Positions 25,750-39,229 of a stretch of DNA of 45,669 bases are shown one piece after another. Source of the DNA: Veleropilina oligotropha (Eukaryota). The notes under the pieces are model-generated. The model ran no database searches and had not been told where the DNA came from. It saw only the letters and a program-made list of their open reading frames with translations. The stretch is from the NCBI GenBank assembly GCA_048128005.1, contig JBEUKZ010000131.1, positions 558,001 through 603,669 of the forward strand, in the 5' to 3' direction. Numbering within the stretch: the stretch's first letter is position 1; the number at the start of each line of letters is the position of its first letter. The translations under genes were made by a program, and so were the position numbers.

Positions 25750-28734
25750 GAATATTTAGGTTGGTATAAGTGATTGTTAGAAAGGACAGACTTGCAAAGA
25801 AGGGTGGGGGGATATTAATATACATATCAGAAAAAATCATTTTTAAGAGACGGTCTGATTTTGAGACAGGTGACATCGAAACAGTGTGGCTAGAAGTTTG
25901 TCTAAATAAAAGTAAACCATTTTTACTTTGTTATGCCTATCGGCCACCGAAGTCCAATTTAAATTGGATTGATTGTTTTGAATCACAAATAAATATGGCT
26001 TCAAGTGAGGAAATGGAAACAATTATATTAGGCGATTTTAATTGTAATTATCTTGAGCAGAGTTCAATACCCCCCAATTGGAGTCAGTTGATAAATGTTT
26101 TTGACATGGAACAATTAGTTACAACACCCACCAGAATTACAGAAACGAGCTCCACTCTTATTGACCTTGTTTACACAACACATTCTGAAAATATATTTGA
26201 AGTTACGGTACCTGAATACGGTAAAAATGATCATTTTCCTGTTTGCATTTATAAAGACAATAATTCTGCTTCTCGCAGATCCAAGCGAGAGAGTCACATA
26301 GAAATAACCTATAGAAACTACAAACATTTCAATGAAGATCTTTTCATCACTGACTTAGCAAATGTTCCCTTTTATAATTTAGAATATTATGGTGACCCAG
26401 ATTATTGCCTGCATATATTGTATGAACTACTTCTCAACATAATCAATAATCATGCTCCTAAAAGAACTAGAAGGGTTCATAACCGATTTCCACCAGAGTG
26501 GTTCAATGATGAAATTAAAAAAGCGCAACATATGCGTGACATGTATAAAAGAAAGAAAGATTTTTCATCTTATAAACTATGCAGCAATAAAAGCAAGAAA
26601 TTAATTAATACAGCAAAAGCTGTTTACGTTAAAAATGCTGTTTCAGAAAAAAGGAATGCAAAGGACATATGGACTGCTATGAAAAGTGTAACTAAGGTAA
26701 AAAATTTGAATTCTTCATCGCCAACATCTATACAAAATAATGATAAAATAACAACGGACCCTCAAGATATAGCAAATATTATGAGCAAACACTTCAAGGA
26801 ACTAATAGAAACATTAAAAGGTAAATATAAAACTAATGCCAGCGATAATTACCAAAACCTTCAATCATTTATTAAAGAAAGACTGCCTGAGGAAAACGTC
26901 CTACAAATTGAATTGATTACATGTGCAGAAGTGGAAGCATACCTTAGCCATTTAGATGTTTCCAAATCAACTGGACTAGATAGGATTGGCTCCAAATTTT
27001 TAAAATAGCATCTACGGTATTAGCGCCATCATTAACTTATATACTCAATTTATCTATTACAAAAGGCATATTTCCAAAAAAATTTAAACAAGCAAAAATA
27101 TTACCTTTTTACAAAAAAGGACTAAAATCAAATATTGAGAATTATCGCCCAATTTCTATTTTACCCACCATTTCTAAAATCTTAGAAAAACATCTTGCAA
27201 AACAAATTATGTCCTTTTTTCATACTTACAAACTATTACATGAAGCTCAATCAGGATTTAGGAAAAATCATTCCTGCCAAACAGCTTTGTTAAAGATGAC
27301 TGATGAATGGTTATTTTAGTTGGCTTTAAAAAAACCTTTGACTTGGTAGATCACAAATTCCTGTTAGAAAAGCATCAGATGTACCAGATTGGTGCTTTAG
27401 AAGTGTATGTCACTTTTAGAATCATATCTCAATGATCGTGAGCAGAAAGTATGCATTGGAAATGCCCAATCAACGACACAAAAGATTGAATACAGGGTAC
27501 CACAAGGATCAGTTTTAGGACCTATTTTATTTATTATATTCATTAATGATCTGCCTCTCAATGTAAGCTCAAATACTGACATGTATGCAGATGATACCGC
27601 ATTGCATAAATCAGGTAAAAATTTAAACAATTGGCGTAGTAAAAATGAGATGATTGTAAATAACCAAAAAACCAAATCGTTAATTGTTGGCAGTAGACAA
27701 AAGCTGTCTCGCAACAAGGAAACATTGGACCTTAAATCAAATGATGAACTCGTACAATGTGTGCAGTCGACAAACCTTCTTGGTGTTAACATAGATAGTA
27801 CTTTAAATTGGAAAGAACATATACATAACGTAGGGGCATTAATTAATTTCTTCAAGAACTAATTTACTGCAAAGAACAAAGAAATACCTTTCACTTGAAC
27901 TTCGAAAGTTGTTTTATAATAGTTATATACAACCGTTATCTGATTATTGCTGCATTGTTTGGGGTAATTGCACAAACTCTTCTCTTTCAACTATTGTAAA
28001 ACTACAAAAAGCGGCTAGGATTACTCTAGATGCCCCTTTTTATTCATCAAGTAAGGCACTATTTAAAAGACTTGACTGGCTATCATTTGAAAACAGAATT
28101 CAAATGCATAAGGCCACCTTAATGTATAAAGCTATGCAAAAAACAACTCCAGAATATATCAGTAATAAATTTCACATTACACATTATAACTCCGAAAAGA
28201 GTCTACGATCTGTTCCTTCAAAAATTATTTCATTGCCAAAGCCTAAAACTGATTCATTAAAGAGAACTTTCAAATATTCTGGTGCAACACTTTGGAATAA
28301 CCTGCCTCAAAATATAAAGGCTGCAGATACTGAATATAAATTTAAAAAGCTTTTGAGATGTCACCTATCTTGAAACATCTGTGTAAATAATTTACTGTAT
28401 TTCAAAATGATTTTCCGTAATTGTATTTGTCTTTGTCTACTTTAATGATAGCCATTATAAATGCAAATGTTTGTAATCAATTATGTACTCTGAGACTTTG
28501 TTTCTGTCTTTATATGAGAGGGACTCGGGGAAGATTAGCATTAATTTGTTAACTGTACTCCCTCCATAAATAAACTGTTATTAGTTGAACCGTGTAAACG
28601 GAGAAACTATTGTATTGAGGCTGTCTGTGTGTCTGTCTGTCTGTCTGTGTGGTGGACGGTGTATGTCCACGATGACTTTACATGGATCAACTATGCTTCC
28701 TCTCGGATGCGCTTGTTATTATTATTATTATTAT
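25750..28734 (+). mobile_element. CR1/L2-group LINE with decayed ORF2 (AP endonuclease + reverse transcriptase)
   Basis: EN motifs RKDR..GGG, YRPP, ILGDFN, PTR..LID and DH. RT motifs NYRPISILP, QSGFR, VPQGSVLGP and YADDT. Frameshift near 27005, further stops and deletions. 3' stem-loop, AATAAA and (TTA)n tail. Confidence 0.95.
28582..28717 (+). mobile_element. Minimal HINE inserted in the LINE (TTA)n tail
   Basis: subTIRs TAGTTGA / TCAACTA (28687-28693), a 5' palindrome, (CTGT)n, and a 3' hairpin GCTTCC..GGATGC followed by GCTTGTT. Confidence 0.7.
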
Positions 28735-31700
28735 GTTGATTCGGTGAAACATTCCTCCATATCGGATTCGCTACTAGTTTGTACACAGAACACGAGATGC
28801 AGAAATCCGTCAAGTCTCTGCTAATAGAACAACCACATAACATTTTAGGATACCGATTGCTTAATGCATTTCTAATAAATTTTATGATATAAGATATAGA
28901 TGGAGTTCGAAATTTGTATATGCGATTAAACTACTTTCTATAGTTGTTAGCAGATGATGATTCTCGGATAATCACTTGGATCTATTGAAAATCCTAAGCG
29001 ACTAGAATGAGAAGAAACTGTGGGCGGAAATTAAAAGTTCGACCGCATTTTGACGCAGCTCTCCCTTTAATTTGATACAGCCTAGCCATATTTTCATCGA
29101 TTCATGTTCTGTTCCAAGAAGGGTCGGTCAATATGCAAATTTGAATGTTACAAGAGCTATCTCATTAAATCTCCAGCTCATATTGACTTTCGGAAAGTAG
29201 GACAAATTACCAGCAAGTTCAGATCAAAAGAATGTCACGTGGCCCCCGATGTGCATCCCTTCGATTTCGCCCTTCGGTCGGTTATTATATGTGCATTTAG
29301 TTCTCAGCTACTCTGAATATAGACACTTTCGTCAATATAAATTATGGAGGGAATGTATTCATCACTTGGACCAATCATAATTATCGAAAATACGCGATCC
29401 ATAATACGATATTGCAGTCTTGGGGCAGACTCAAATCAGCAAGGTGCAAGAATGTGTGAACGAAAATTACCGTAAATATTCGTGCGGGTGCATATTTATT
29501 TATCAAATTTATGGGTCACATTAGCATATGTCAGTGATTGTCGAGGACGCCATTTTGGCAATATATATAAGAGATATATTAAATATTGAAAACAGTTCCC
29601 TTTAACCTAAAATGGGTACGCCAGAGTGAGTTTTCAGAATCAAGTTAATGTGTTATCCCACCATTTTTCAGGAATGAATTATAAACTGGCAAGTCGTACT
29701 CAGTCACCGTACCAATCAATGGACTACTAGTATATATGTGATATATGTAGAATATTATACTGTATAAATTATGAGAGGTTCGAATTTAAAATGAATCTCT
29801 TTCTGTCATATCAAAAGGCAAACACAAAAAACACCTTGTTTTAAATATGTCGTGATAAAACTTATGCAGAGTAGACAATAAAATTTAATTAATATCTTGT
29901 CCGAAGTGTACAAGAAATATTTTTCCTGGATGAACTTCACCAGCATTCTGTGGTGACGTTGGCTCATGTCCTTTGAGACCATAATTGTGTTACAGATGTA
30001 ATTAAGTTCGTAATTATCTTTGGGTCTGCTTCCCTCTGGTATATTTCTATTGACAATCATTACCTTAAATACTCCAAATCAAATCCGAAAATTGAGTTTC
30101 ACATGATCTGCTGGATTGATATCGTTTAGTGTGGAAATACATTTACGAACTGGAGAAGACATGACAACTATAGCACTATGGTGATCTCAAGGGAGGTCAA
30201 TTTCCATCACGTCATTGTGTATTATTACGTTTGTCTCTGTTATACAATGATGCATGATGTACATCGACTACATACATAAGGTAGACCTTCTTAATTTACT
30301 CATGCAAAATGCAAAGTAATTGTTTTAATTGCAACAGCATATCTATCAAACGTTGCTCATAAGCATTATCTTGCATATAAAAATCGATTGGTTTCTGAAA
30401 TGTGGCGTATAAAATGTTTGTTCTCCCTGTCATGTTATGTCGCAAACTCGCGGCGAAAGATAGTCTGATGACGGAGACAGTTAATGCATTATACGCTTCA
30501 GTACAGTGACCACATTCCTTGACCAACTTTTGTCACGCACAAGGATTTGAGTCGTACACAAACAACTCCCAGACGTCGCCCTAATGAATACGATTTCAGC
30601 ACGAAAAATGTAGTTTAGCATTAGGTAAGACGGATCGATGGTTGCGTTATATTTACGACATACGTTCCGCTTTCCCTGAGCGCCGTAAAGTGTGACAGCG
30701 AATGCGGAGATCCCTGTCAGAGTGTGTAATGGTATCGATCCGGTGCCGTCATTATGGATGCTCTGCGCACCCATTTATTTGCTTTGTACTGTTAATAAGC
30801 TTCAGCGATTATAACTGTCTATAGTTCTACTATATCGCGCTGTGATAAAACGCGAAGTCCCATTGCCATGGGCGATATATGCCTTTGCACAATGGGGGAG
30901 ATATGCCCATCAACCATAACGTGCTGCGGCCCAGACCTTCGCAATTGTTTGCATAGAACTTCAATTCTGCGCGGGACGAGGCTCCATTAGCAAGGAAATC
31001 GATTTTCCGACACAAAATCGATAGTATCAATATAAAAATTATGGAATATGTATGGGTCATAGGTATGAAAGTTACGTCTGTTTCAATGGACTTGTGTTGG
31101 TCTGCTCGACGCAAATGGCGTTATTACTCCGGATTTAGTCAATGAGTTACACTTAAAAAAACAAATATTTCTTATAGAACAAATTTTTTTCTCTAAAAAC
31201 CGAAATATAGCAGACGTTCAGTTTCACTAGTGAGACACATGATTATTGATGAGAATTTGATTAGGTCTCTCGGACGATAATATCTAATGAAAATCCGTAT
31301 GAGGACGATCTTGAATGGGTAACTATTGCCATATACAATGAGGTCTGATCTACATTTATACCAATTCTTTAATAATTAAAAATATTGACAATAAGATATT
31401 TGATAAGTCCATTTTTTGCATGTATATAATGTGATGCGCAGAGCATAGTATCGCATAACTAACTTATGTCTGTTTAACTACAGTGTATACTAAACCTGCA
31501 CGAAAGCGGGGATATAGGAAGGGTGTTCGTAACATGCATTTGGACTCCTCTGCTCCAGAAGAAAAATACTTATCACTTCGTAACAGATATCGAAATCTTT
31601 TACAAGAAGAGCAGCTCCATAAAACACCACATACAATCCGTACATTAATGCAAGTGTTAAATAAAGAAATATTGAGAGGAATCACTGGTTTCAAGTGTAA

Positions 31701-31818
31701 AATGAATTTATAATCTTGATTATAACCGCATTTTAATGCGCCTACAATCTTGCAAAATATAACAAGGAAAGATGGAATTATATAGGCTTTAAACGATACA
31801 CGTGGTTATCAACTCCGT

Positions 31819-32526
31819 CTGACTCCTCACTATAAGTAGGTGCATTCACTGACTCCTCACGTTTTGTAGGTACAATGATGTTATCAGTATTGTGTGGATT
31901 CTGGCACGTCGGAAACCTCGAGTGACGTCGTAGTTTTTTGCGGCGGATTAATCGCGAGAACGAAGTTCGAGCGATTTATCCGCCGCAAAATCTACGACGT
32001 CACGAGAGGTTTCCGACGTGCCAGAATCCACACAATAACTGAAAACATTTTTATTATATGCCACAGCAAGTTTCTTATTAAATTGAATCGAAAGATTATG
32101 GTAATTTTAGTCACGAATCTGTAAGGGGGGTTGAAATAGTATAGGACTATTGGAAGTAGTTCCTACGATTTGGCAGCCATTTTGAATATATAATCAGGAG
32201 ACGTTTTCTGAATCGATATCAGCTGTGTCTGTGATACAGGGTCTCGGAAAACTGCGCGAAAACGACGGGCATATAATAAATTCAATGACTCCTCACTATA
32301 TGCAGATACATTCAATAACTCCTCACTATAGATAGGCACATTCACTGACTCCTCACTATAGGTAAATACAATCACTGACTCCTCACTATATGTAGGGACA
32401 TTCACTGACTCCTCACTAAAGGTAGGTACATTCACTGACTCCTCACTATAGGTTGGTACATTCACTGACGCCTCACTAAAGGTAGGTACATTCAATGAAT
32501 CCTCACTATAGGTAGATACATTCATT
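31819..32526 (+). repeat. 30-bp minisatellite interrupted by an insertion
   Basis: Consensus TTCACTGACTCCTCACTATAGGTAGGTACA. About 2 units at 31819-31874 and 8 units at 32281-32520. Confidence 0.92.
31875..32280 (+). mobile_element. Palindromic non-autonomous element with A-A'-b...b' architecture (possibly Crypton-type)
   Basis: Near-perfect hairpin at 31878-32049, then TTTATTATATGCC (32050-32062) inverted perfectly to GGCATATAATAAA (32268-32280). Confidence 0.8.
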
Positions 32527-34946
32527 GGAAATACCGACAACAGTCAGGTATAAAAATAATTTATGAAGTCAGTCATCTTTCCATGTGTCAAAAGATTTGA
32601 TAATTTTTTAGAGAGGTCGATTCACAACTTCTGGAACCAGAGCATTAACCTTATAATATGGTCAATACAGAGTGAATCAATTGATAACTGGTCAAAAGTA
32701 TGAAACAAACGTTTCTAACTGGGTGTAATATTAAAGGAATATACGGAGCATACGAGACGAAGACATTGGGTGAATAAAACAGGACGCCCGCATGTATATC
32801 ACATTACTTCAACTTGTGTAATAAGACCGGTCAAACCGTAACTATCCAATAGCACTTTGCGTGTGTTATATTTTTTAAGCAATAACTATTTCTCTTCTAT
32901 ATTTTATTAAATAATTATGTATTAAGGAATTGTGGGGATACGTTATGAAATGACTGTGTCAATATTTTCAATTACTATTCACACGCACACACTGCTTAGA
33001 AAAAACGAAATGTACTAAGAAGTCTTTAATTTCAATAAATGGAAATAGCAACTGTTGCTATGTCGTAACTGGTGCAGTCTTCACCATTTTTTTACCGTCT
33101 TTCATGGATCTGTGTGAAAGATGGAAGAAGCCATTCCGGAAAGAGATGTCTCGCAAAATGAATTGATCATTTGATAGAAATCTTCAATCTTCCAGAAGAT
33201 ATGAATTGATCAAGCCACTACTTTGACAAGCTTTATAAGATTATTGTTATGGAAACCTTTGGTTCAAACCTTCCATCATCGACAGAAATACACGTAAGCA
33301 ATAGTAATACTCTTGCTTCAAAAAGGATGCAACCATCACTTGTTTATGAACAATGATATAATGTTAACTACGGTGGGTGTACGAATACATATGATTTGAC
33401 GCAATATGTTTGAGTATTCTTCAAGTATTTCAAAACGGGACCTCGGGGCAACATAATATATACTACGAGAGTCCGCTTTGAGCGATGTGATATTAAAATT
33501 ATGGAATTAAAGTAACAAACAACCCATCAAATATCTGCAAACTGTGAACTGAAAGGGAAGATTTCATAATTCAACTCTAAATGTCAGTAGGAATGTTGTT
33601 GAATTGTTTGGTATTTATTTATATCATGATATTTTAAACAGATTTCATCGGGAATGGGTTTTATCTGCGATACGCTCTGTTAATCGAATTTCCCGTCTAA
33701 TAGGCTACTCATAGAAATTGATTTATTTTCTGGTAACCATGACGACGTTCAGACAGGTGTAAACCAACATAATGGCGTCGTGCATACAGACAGTCCACTC
33801 TTACGAATATTGCATGCATCCATTACTCCATCAAATCTCTGCCGACACGCAGATATATTCATAAGCAAATGCATTGCAAATAATATATGGTTTATGGTAG
33901 GAGGTTATGCACATATGTACTAAGAGTTATGCATGAACGAAGATGGCACCTCGGGGTGTATATATCCACGATGACAGGGTGAACGAACTATTTGATGCAT
34001 CACAACCTTCGGGTAATGAAAAATATAACAGACAGAGCCCGCAAACACATCCACAAGGTCAAATAGATTAGACGAATTATGTTCGATGACCATATGAAAA
34101 AGCCTTTTGTCTATCAAGCTATTCATAAATTTTGGGTAACTGTATATATATCATTGTTATGTAACAGGTGCATTGCAGCAAAGTGTTAGTAAATTCTTGT
34201 TCCAACAAATCTATGATTGTATTTCGAAAATTATACTAAAACGGAACTAACATCGACAACGCAAACCAACAGGAAACTGCACTATGACCAGAATGCTATC
34301 ACCCTGTTTCTCTTGTGCATGATGGCACGGGATGTCAATTATCGTTTAGCCGTCTAGTTTGCTTTGTAATAAAATCAACAGACATTCGGATATGCTTCGT
34401 CGAATGGCGGATCAACTGTCAGTGATGTTATTATAGTCTGGTAATTGACAAATTGGGATGATTCGCAATACTATCCATGAAAAATTTACAAATAAGGATT
34501 GCGCTGCTTGGTGTTTAAGCTAAAGTTCTTTTATCTAAATTAAGAATCTACTTATTGGGAAAATGACATGTCTACGATGATAAAAACATCCTGTTATTTC
34601 CTTAAAATTAGATCACCAGCTGGTTAATTGTGTGCTTATATTTTTTACGATGCGTATCAATCTTTTATATCTGGAGAAGTAGCGATACCAACATTTTTTA
34701 AATGAAAAGAGAGAAACTATTGGAAAAAACGTTATGCGTTTATCTGGAGTTCATAAATTACCAACTGGTATCATTATTTTGAATCACCAACAGTAGTTGA
34801 GGAAATTATTAAATTTGTACATGTTAAACGTAGGCCTATTGTTATTATATGCTTACAGTTATTTAAACTGAGCATTTGATCTTAAAAGACGTTAACATCA
34901 TAAACTACGTCAAATTCAGTTCAATAGAATCGACACCCGTGAAATA

Positions 34947-35681
34947 ATTCCAATATATGAGTGTACAAAGAATACGGAATGATTCCAATATATGAGTGTA
35001 CAAAGAATACGGAATGATTCCAATATATGAGTGTACAAAGAATACGGAATGATTCCAATATATGAGTGTACAAACAATACGGAATGATTCCAATATATGA
35101 GTGTACAAACAATACGGAATGATTCCAATATATGAGTGTACAAACAATACGGAATGATTCCAATATATGAGTGTACAAACAATACGGAATGATTCCAATA
35201 TATGAGTGTACAAAGAATACGGAATGATTCCAATATATGAGTGTACAAAGAATACGGAATGATTCCAATATATGAGTGTACAAAGAATACGGAATGATTC
35301 CAATATATGAGTGTACAAAGAATACGGAATGATTCCAATATATGAGTGTACAAAGAATACGGAATGATTCCAATATATGAGTGTACAAAGAATACGGAAT
35401 GATTCCAATATATGAGTGTACAAAGAATACGGAATGATTCCAATATATGAGTGTACAAAGAATACGGAATGATTCCAATATATGAGTGTACAAAGAATAC
35501 GGAATGATTCCAATATATGTGTATACAAAGAATACGGAATGATTCCAATATATGAGTGTACAAAGAATACGGAATGATTCCAATATATGAGTGTACAAAG
35601 AATACGGAATGATTCCAATATATGTGTGTACAAATAATACGGAATGATTCCAATATATGAGTGTACAAATAATACGGAATG
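34947..35681 (+). repeat. 21 x 35-bp minisatellite
   Basis: Unit ATTCCAATATATGAGTGTACAAAGAATACGGAATG. Confidence 0.97.
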
Positions 35682-36605
35682 AAGGTGGGCATATGAAGGA
35701 AAATGCCTTAAACTTTGGAGCACAATTGATTATGGAGCCAACGCTGAACACATGAAACAAGACATTGTTTTGGTACAATCAATAAGTCACTTTTATGATT
35801 GTATTACCGGAATTGACCAGCAGCTAAAATATCAATGTACATGCACGTATGTGATGTCGTTGCGCACCACATATACTACGAGTACATTAAGGTCAAATTT
35901 TCTTTATTATGACACAGACAAAGAATGGAAGTCAAGACAAAAGGCCAGTATCTTATCTTGAAAAGGAAATATGTGGAATATATCATCGCCAACAAAAATA
36001 CACATCTACAATTTTGTTAGAGGAAAACCATTTTACCCTCTATAAATATGCCATTATTAATTAATGCGCGTTTATATTGCCGTGCATGACAATCAATGAT
36101 GTGCGGAAAATGCCTCGTTTTCATTTAGTGCAGTCAAAGTAAGGAACAATTGATCCAATCAGAAATCGACATTCTCATTATGCGACGCCATGATCAACAC
36201 AATGGTGGAGAAGCTCTTAACAGACAATACAGAAAAATAATGCTGATAAAGGAGGCCAGTCTTTTAATGGAATTAGTAAATTGCTACTTAAAGTGTGCAT
36301 GCTATTCACATATCAAAATTCGAACCATTTGCCCTATCTAAAAGGTAATTGTGTCAAAGCAAACCAGCAGACAATTATCCCCAACAAACATTTGGAAATA
36401 TGCCAAGCAACAAAATGTTGCTTTTTTCAAGCAAAAATAAATATCCGCCTAACATTTATTCTTTGCATGAACGGTATGGTCGTGTCGTTGACCTAATTGT
36501 TTTAATGCCATTGTGGGAGTCTATTTGAAGGATATTATGCAACATTCCACCTTCGGAAAAGGAACGAACACTGGGGGTATAATTAAATCAATATGTGTAT
36601 ATTAT

Positions 36606-37000
36606 GGCCGGTCATGTAGCCGAGTGGATAAGAATGTGGACTTCTAATAGGGTTGCTCGCAATTGACGTCACACATGCGGACAAATACAGGCAGACTTCA
36701 TTGCATTTGACCATTATTTGTCCGCTTTCTACGTGCGGACAGTCTATTTATATCATTTTACTGCAATTGTGAGCAACCCTATTCGCTGGCTTGACTGATC
36801 TGTATAATAGGAGTGCATTCTTACCTCGATTGGTGCAATGACATTCTTGGTTCAGTTACCAGTAACAGCTGTCCATAACTAGACGGAGAGAGCGGGTTCT
36901 CTCTCGGGCGACCGAGTTTTCTTCCGCGACAATATAGACATGTCTCTGTACCAACCTGAACGTTGCTAAAACCAGGACGTTAAACATCGATTCACTTAAT
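36606..37000 (+). mobile_element. tRNA-derived SINE interrupted by a MITE
   Basis: A box TAGCCGAGTGG, core GCGGGTTCTCTCTCGGGCGACCGAGTTTTCTTCCGC, tail GGACGTTAAACATC. Confidence 0.75.
36650..36779. mobile_element. 130-bp MITE flanked by TA
   Basis: TIRs GGGTTGCTCGCAATTG / CAATTGTGAGCAACCC and an internal inverted repeat GCGGACAAATA / TATTTGTCCGC. Confidence 0.8.
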
Positions 37001-37278
37001 CCATAATATTATATACTGTATTAGGATTATCGGAAGTTGATAATGAGTGTTTCTATCGTCCATCAGATCCGCATGCTGTATCATAAATATTTAAATATTG
37101 TCATACACAAATGGACATAGATTATCGCATACGAAATCATTCTTACCTACGCTTATTGATAATCGACGTCAACATTTGATTGGAGTGTAGGACATCATGG
37201 CAGCAAAATATTATTGATAATTGTGATCAGGTGATTGGACAATATTTCTTGGTATGCGATGTCTCATAATGCGTAGGA

Positions 37279-37530
37279 GGCCGCTTCGGCAGCGCAGTGG
37301 GTAGAGTGTCCACTCTAACTTCACTAGCTTGATTCCGCTAATGCGAACAGTAGTGGGTTCAATACCTGGCTGAGTCATTGAAATTTGTTCAAGTTATGAA
37401 TCACAGTTGTCCGTGACTGGCCGAAGAGGGCGGGTTTACCCGGGCGACCGGGGTTTCCTCCCGCGATAACACGGACATGTCCTGCCTTGAACCTCGATGT
37501 TGTAAATATACAGGATATTAAGCATCATTC
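37279..37530 (+). mobile_element. Near full-length tRNA-derived SINE with a V-domain-like core
   Basis: A box CAGCGCAGTGG, B box GGTTCAATACC, core GGGTTTACCCGGGCGACCGGGGTTTCCTCCCGC. Confidence 0.8.
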
Positions 37531-37890
37531 CTCCCCTCCCTCATAATGCGTACGTTTTCATTGATGTTTAACTTATTTTGCACTATGATATTCTTGAAAA
37601 TCGCCTGGGGTTTTCTGTAAAAACCCGCCACATTGAGGGCCCATTTTTGAGTTGCAACAACACGGAATTCGCAGTTTCTGTTTCTGTTTCTACATACCGT
37701 GGTATCCCTTATTGGTGCCAAAAGCTTGACCAGCCAGTAACAATCGATATTGATGAACAAATGATGACCAAAGCGTAACCGTATACAGTACACAGACAAC
37801 AAACTCGCTTTAAAATTAATGTAACACATTGAAAATGTGTGGTTGGTTGCTTAGTAGTAGTAATACTGGTCGTGGTCGTGCAATACAAGC

Positions 37891-38580
37891 GAATTGAATT
37901 GATGTTTAATGACCACACGGTCATAATCGGGGCAATCGACTTGAAATGTTAAAATTATTATATGTATTAGAAACATATTTGCTTTATTACGTATGCGACA
38001 AATACACATAAAACATTGTAAATTTAAATGAGAAGATAAAGATTGTCTGCCAGGAGATTTAAAAGTAAAAGGGTTAACGTTTATCAAATAGATTAACATC
38101 GTAGAAAAACGAAATTATGCTATAAAACAGTACTTGACGTGAAAATGCTCTAAAATATGTTTTACGCATTGAGTCATAATCAACGCAGTCAATAATACGT
38201 TTTACTAATTAGGGTAGTAGCACAAGTAGCAGTCAGTGCAGTGCGCATGCCCAAGGCAGGCCATGACTATGTCTTCACCGCGTATCGGTCTGAAAGAGGG
38301 GATCTATTCACAGATAAGATATTGGACATTCTGCAGTTTATCCCCTCTGCAGTCAACTCAATAACGTTTCCAGGTAGTTTGAATGTATTTATTTATATTG
38401 TACTTAACATCTGAATGCGGAATTATGAAATGTATATGCTGGTTAAGATCTATAGCTGATTTTGCTGCTTTATCAGCATTTTCATTGTCTTCGATGTTAA
38501 TATGGCTTGTTATCCAGCATAAAATGATGTCATTGTTTGTTAAAAGATTATTGTATTTTTGGAAATTATGTTGTATAAAT
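37891..38580 (-). mobile_element. I/Nimb-clade LINE 3' fragment (RNase H C-terminus to 3' tail)
   Basis: WITSHINIEDNENADKAAKSA (RNase H motif), then decayed R..EDIVMACLGH and VKRIIDCVDY..R, and a tail ending GTCATTAAACATCAATTCAATTC. Confidence 0.8.
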
Positions 38581-39229
38581 ACATTTCTATTCATACAATC
38601 GTCGTGCTATAGTATTGATGGTTTTTCACAATATAATTAACCCAATATAGTAAAAATCAACTGTCGTATATTGATGCATGAAATTATTGGGTTATAAGTT
38701 TAATACGGAATAGATACATTTGTGGATATTAATTTCATGTAGTATTCTAATAGTTGTAAACATCGACAGTCCACAACATTGGACAAACGTGATGTATTCA
38801 TATTTAAATAACAATTACAATACGTTAGATATATGGATAAATGGTGCTCATGCTGAAACCCTCTAATATTCTTTCATTGTTCTTGGGGCAAATGAAATAT
38901 ATTTATGTTGTTGATAGTCTAGACTATTAGACTAATCTACCTTATTCTGATTACAGATTACGAAACCTTTGACATATTCACGCAAAGATGTCTGCGATCT
39001 ACTGCAAGGACTCCATAGATTTTCTTGTGTTGGTTAATCTATATGATGTACTCATCAGCACACGCGTCATTTACAGTAATCCGTAGATTGGATGACAAGC
39101 ATGTTAGTTTTTCCTGTGCCTTGGGCAGTATAAAATTGAAAGCACATAAAAATCCACTTTCTAAAATTAAATCTTCATAAATATCCTCTTTGCTATTCTA
39201 GAAGGAGTTGCTTTAAGGTCTCTGAGTCT

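Noticed and set aside
30296..31114. GC-richer block with short ORFs
   Set aside because: No recognisable homology.
32163..32540. EESVNVPTYS repeat protein
   Set aside because: Translation of the 30-bp minisatellite, which is interrupted by a mobile element.
34905..35778. Three ORFs of 258-285 aa
   Set aside because: The 35-bp satellite lacks stop codons on the minus strand.
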